This document shows, one piece after another, positions 60,110 to 64,000 of a DNA stretch of 64,000 nt. The number at the start of each line of letters is the position of its first letter. Position 1 is the first letter of the stretch. The notes under the pieces were generated by a model, which ran no database searches, was not told where the DNA came from, and saw only the letters and a list, made by a program, of their open reading frames with translations. The stretch comes from Octopus vulgaris (Eukaryota): contig OX597828.1 of assembly GCA_951406725.2 (NCBI GenBank), forward strand, positions 47,430,001 through 47,494,000. Reading direction: 5' to 3'. The position numbers were made by a program, and so were the translations under genes.

Positions 60110-61300
60110 TATAGGGAAAGTTTACAAAAAAACTAACTTAATAGCACCACCTATATATAGGGAAAGTTTACAAAAAAAAAAACAAAAGACGAAGACAGGG
60201 GGTGTACAAAACAAACAGATGTATTAGTATAACGCTCAGGAATAGAAAAAGTATTTTACGTTTCGAGCCTACGCTCTTCTACAGAAAGGTACACAGAAAA
60301 AACAAGGAGAAAAAAAAATGTGTGTAGTGGCTAATGATCTATCATGGTGACATATATATATATATATATATACGCATATATAATTGATATGAAGACAGTT
60401 GTATGAACAAAAAGCAGGGGTATTAGTTTGACGCTCGTGAAAATGAAAGCGTTTTTTTATGTTTCGAGCCCACGCTCTTCAGCAGAAAGGATTAAGAGTA
60501 AATAAACAGAGAGAGAATGCATAAAACCCTGTAGATCTAGTGGTCAAACATGGCGACAGATTAGAAAAAAAGTTTGAAAAATGAGGTTGGAAGAAAGGGA
60601 GATAATAAACTAATGGTGATCCCACGTAGGGGTAGGGTATCAATAAAGAGAGGAGGTGAGTAGGAGCGAAGACAAGAAGTAGGTGTGAGACGAAGAGAGG
60701 AAGTAAGTATCTGATGAAAAGAGGAAGTAGGTGTCAGATGAAGAGAGGAGGGAGTCAGATGAGGAGAGGAGGTGGAGTCAGATGAAGTGAGGAAAGGAGT
60801 TGAACCCATGTAACGCAAAGGGGGAAGAGAGAAGATTAATATCTGTTCACGGCGAAGGCGGGAGACCCTGTGCAAAGACAGTCCTAACACAGACAGATGT
60901 AGTGAATGACCGGTAGAGCGAAAATGGTGCGAGATGGGGGAGTCTTTGCTGAGTTTGATGTCTCGGAGGTGCACCGCGATCCGGTCAGCCAAGCGGTATC
61001 CCGTTTGACCGATGTACAGAGAAGGGCAGAGAGAGCAGAAGATGCAGTAAATGACGTTGCTGGAAGTGCAGGTAAAGTGATAATGAGCCGGTGATATGAT
61101 AAGGGAAGATGATGGGTGCCTGTGAGGATGGTGGTGTTGGAATGGTAGGGGCAAGTACGGCAGCATGGACGAGAGTAAGGGAACGAGCTAGGCTGGGAGG
61201 TGGTGTTAGGGCAGAAACTGTGGACCAGGAGGTCACACAGGTTGTGGCTCATTTGAAGGAAGGAAGGGGTAGGTTGGTGAAGATGTGCGAGATTAAGGGG
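60110..61300 (-). mobile_element. 3' end of a second PLE (Neptune/Poseidon-like) with two terminal-repeat-like copies
   Basis: GIY-YIG remnant followed by a 3' UTR and two related ~170-240-bp segments (60390-60560 and 60110-60350), each with a hammerhead-like motif. Confidence 0.8.
60800..61290 (-). pseudogene. Degenerate PLE GIY-YIG endonuclease
   Basis: SRPCCRTCPY linker (ORF 60884-61513), then in another frame HFTCTSSNVIYCIFCSLCPSLYIGQTGYRLADRIAVHLRDI...ISHHF...RLRREQILIFSL. Confidence 0.85.
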
Positions 61301-61408
61301 TTTTATATATATTAGGTTAAGGAAAAAGTTCGAGCGCCGTGTTTCGAAGAAAAGTTTTTTTGAATAAATTCTTGCATAAAAAATCATTGTATGTGTGTGC
61401 GTGTGTGT

Positions 61409-61487
<79 letters not shown>

Positions 61488-62084
61488 TGTGTATGCATAC
61501 ATATGTATATCATCGTTCAGTTTTATTTCAAGATTTCTTGCCAATAGAGAAAGAGCCATTTTCTAACCTACATCCAAGGTTCCTTCATTGGAATTTCAAC
61601 ATCAGCAACAGGTTATTTTTCTATGTATGTATGTATGTATGTATGTATGTATGTATGTATGTATGTATGTATGCATGTATGTATGTATATAAAGAGAGAC
61701 GCAGGCACAATTATAGGCGCAGCCGTAGCTATAGGTGCAGGCTGGGCTGTAAAGTAAGAAGTCTACTTCCTAACCATACGGTGCTGGGTTCAGTCCCACC
61801 GAGTGGCACCTTGGGTATTAGCTTCGCAACTTCCAAATTCTGCTTCCCCTAAGCTTATCGAACATTTGTGTTGTGACAAAAGTTACTGAAATTTACTCCT
61901 CGGGCATTTTCAGTTTTGCAGACCTGCGTTCAGAGGCAGTCCAAACCGTGACCATCTTATCTTTTTGGTTTGTTTGTTGTTTGTTTTTTATTTTTTTTAT
62001 TCATTTTTTTTTTTGTGGTTGGAGCGAGTTTCACTTGTAGTACATCTATTACTGCATTATCCAAAGCCTATCTCTTTCTCTGTC

Positions 62085-62296
62085 TCTCTTTTACTTGTTT
62101 CAGTCATTTGACTGCGGCCATGCTGGAGCACTGCCTTTTTTTAGTCGAGCAAATCGACCCCGGGACTTATTCTTTGTAAGCCTAGTACTTATTCTATCGG
62201 TCTCTTTTGCCGAACCGCTAGGTAACGGGGACATAAACACACCAGCATCGGTTGTCAAGCAATGCTAGGGGGACAAACACAGGCACACAAACATAT

Positions 62297-62352
<56 letters not shown>

Positions 62353-62514
62353 GACAGGCTTCTTTCAGTTTCCGTCTACCAAATCCACTCACAAGGCATT
62401 GGTCGGCCCGGAGCTATAGCAGAAGACACTTGCCCAAGGTGCCACGCAGTGGGACTGAACCCGGATCCATGTGGTTCGTAAGCAAGCTACTTACCACACA
62501 GCCACTCCTGCGCC
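62085..62514 (-). mobile_element. SINE family A, full length (further fragments at ~27775, 42724, 52195, 52311, 52945, 53990, 54240, 56168 and 62903)
   Basis: High similarity to the other full copies. Confidence 0.9.
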
Positions 62515-63206
62515 TATCCCTTGTTTTTTTTTTCTTTTCTTTTGTTTTTGGATGGAAAGTTACTATTTGAAAGAGCGTCGGCTTTCATTTTATCCGGTTG
62601 AATGGCTAGGCAGGGGCTCTCCGTCGCGAAGATTATATTTTGTCGCTTTTCCAGGCATAACGGTTTCTAACCCACTCGAAGTATTAAAACAATGGTTTAC
62701 TAAATAGACACAAGACCCAAGACCTGGGCGTGTAGGGACAAGTTGATTATATCTGTTCCACTACTTAAGAGTTATTTATTTTATCAACCCTGGGAGAATG
62801 AAAGGCACCCTTGACCTCAATATGATTTGAACTCAGAATACAGGGAGACATTTTTTTCTGTTTTCTTTTGATAATATATCAATAAACTTTACCTTTAATA
62901 GTTTCTTTAACTTGTTACAGTCATTGGACTGCGGCCATCCTGGGGTACCACCTTGAAGGGTTTAGTCGAACAAATCGAAACCAATATGTATTTTTAAGTC
63001 TGGACTTATTCTATCGGTCTATTTTATCAAACTGCTAGGTTACGGGGACGCAAGCAAATCACCAATGGTTGTCAAGCGGTGGTGGGTGACAAGCACAAGT
63101 TACAAAGACAGACACATATATATATACACACACACAAACATGCATATATGCACACACACACACACATACATGCACACGCACACACACACACACACACTCA
63201 CACATA

Positions 63207-63242
<36 letters not shown>

Positions 63243-64000
63243 AAGCCCGTGTATGTATACTGCCATATACATATACACATGTGTGCTTGTCCAGCCATTC
63301 ATTCATTCATCTATACATGCATACACACACATACATGCATATATACATACTTACGTACGTACATACATGCTTACGTGCGTACATGCATACATACATGCAT
63401 ACATACATACATACATACATACAAACATACATACATACATACATACATACAAACATACATACATACATACATACATACATACATACATACAAACATACAT
63501 ACAAACATACATACATACATACATACATACATACATACATAAACACACGCACTGTACTATTGTTTGTGCCATGTGTAGAAGTAGTTAAGGAGTTCAGTAG
63601 AAAAAAAAGGGACATGGTCTAAATAGAGCCCGAGTAAACCAAAAGGGGTTGGGTAGAAAGAGTCGAGAGGGATGGAGGGGTCATTGCACCAGATACTACC
63701 CTGTGTAGTATTTGAATAGAGGTGGAGAAGAGATGAATACCAGCAGGAGAGGTAGGTAGATAGGCGGGTGGGTGGATTTGGGTACAAGTGACGTCACAGC
63801 ATCTTTTGTAATGTCTGAAATTTAAAGAATGAGGGATTGTAGCGATTGGTCCCTATTGTGGTATGTTCAATGGGAGTCAGTGAGTTGGATGATGGAGGAG
63901 TTTTGAACTGTAGGGAGGGTAAAAATAAAAGGGAAAGAAAGGGAGAGAGAGAGAGACTGAGGTTGAGAGAGAAATGTGGAGAGAAAGGGGGAAAGAAAAT

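Overview
AT-rich eukaryotic DNA saturated with microsatellites, with no convincing host protein-coding gene. The SINE families and repeat density point to an octopus or other cephalopod genome (inference). Almost all long ORFs in the track are translations of simple repeats. Real coding traces are all transposon-derived: a recent Penelope-like element (PLE, probably Naiad clade) inserted as a ~1.16-kb inverted duplication (7057-10139), a second PLE 3' end (GIY-YIG, ~60110-61300), and remnants of piggyBac, mariner, RTE and R4/Dong elements. There is also a non-autonomous Helitron, two MITEs, about 30 tRNA-derived SINE copies or fragments, and a 181-bp tandem array. The most interesting signal is a set of short non-coding elements inserted in (TA)n tracts. 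Many carry minimal type I hammerhead-ribozyme motifs, including U3-A8 compensated cores. They recur as two-armed insertions with outward-facing 3' ends and fixed termini, and one family has a 362-bp retrozyme-like monomer. Together they suggest a PLE-driven, microsatellite-targeting ribozyme retroelement system. All alignments and folds were done by eye, so coordinates of degenerate repeats are approximate.
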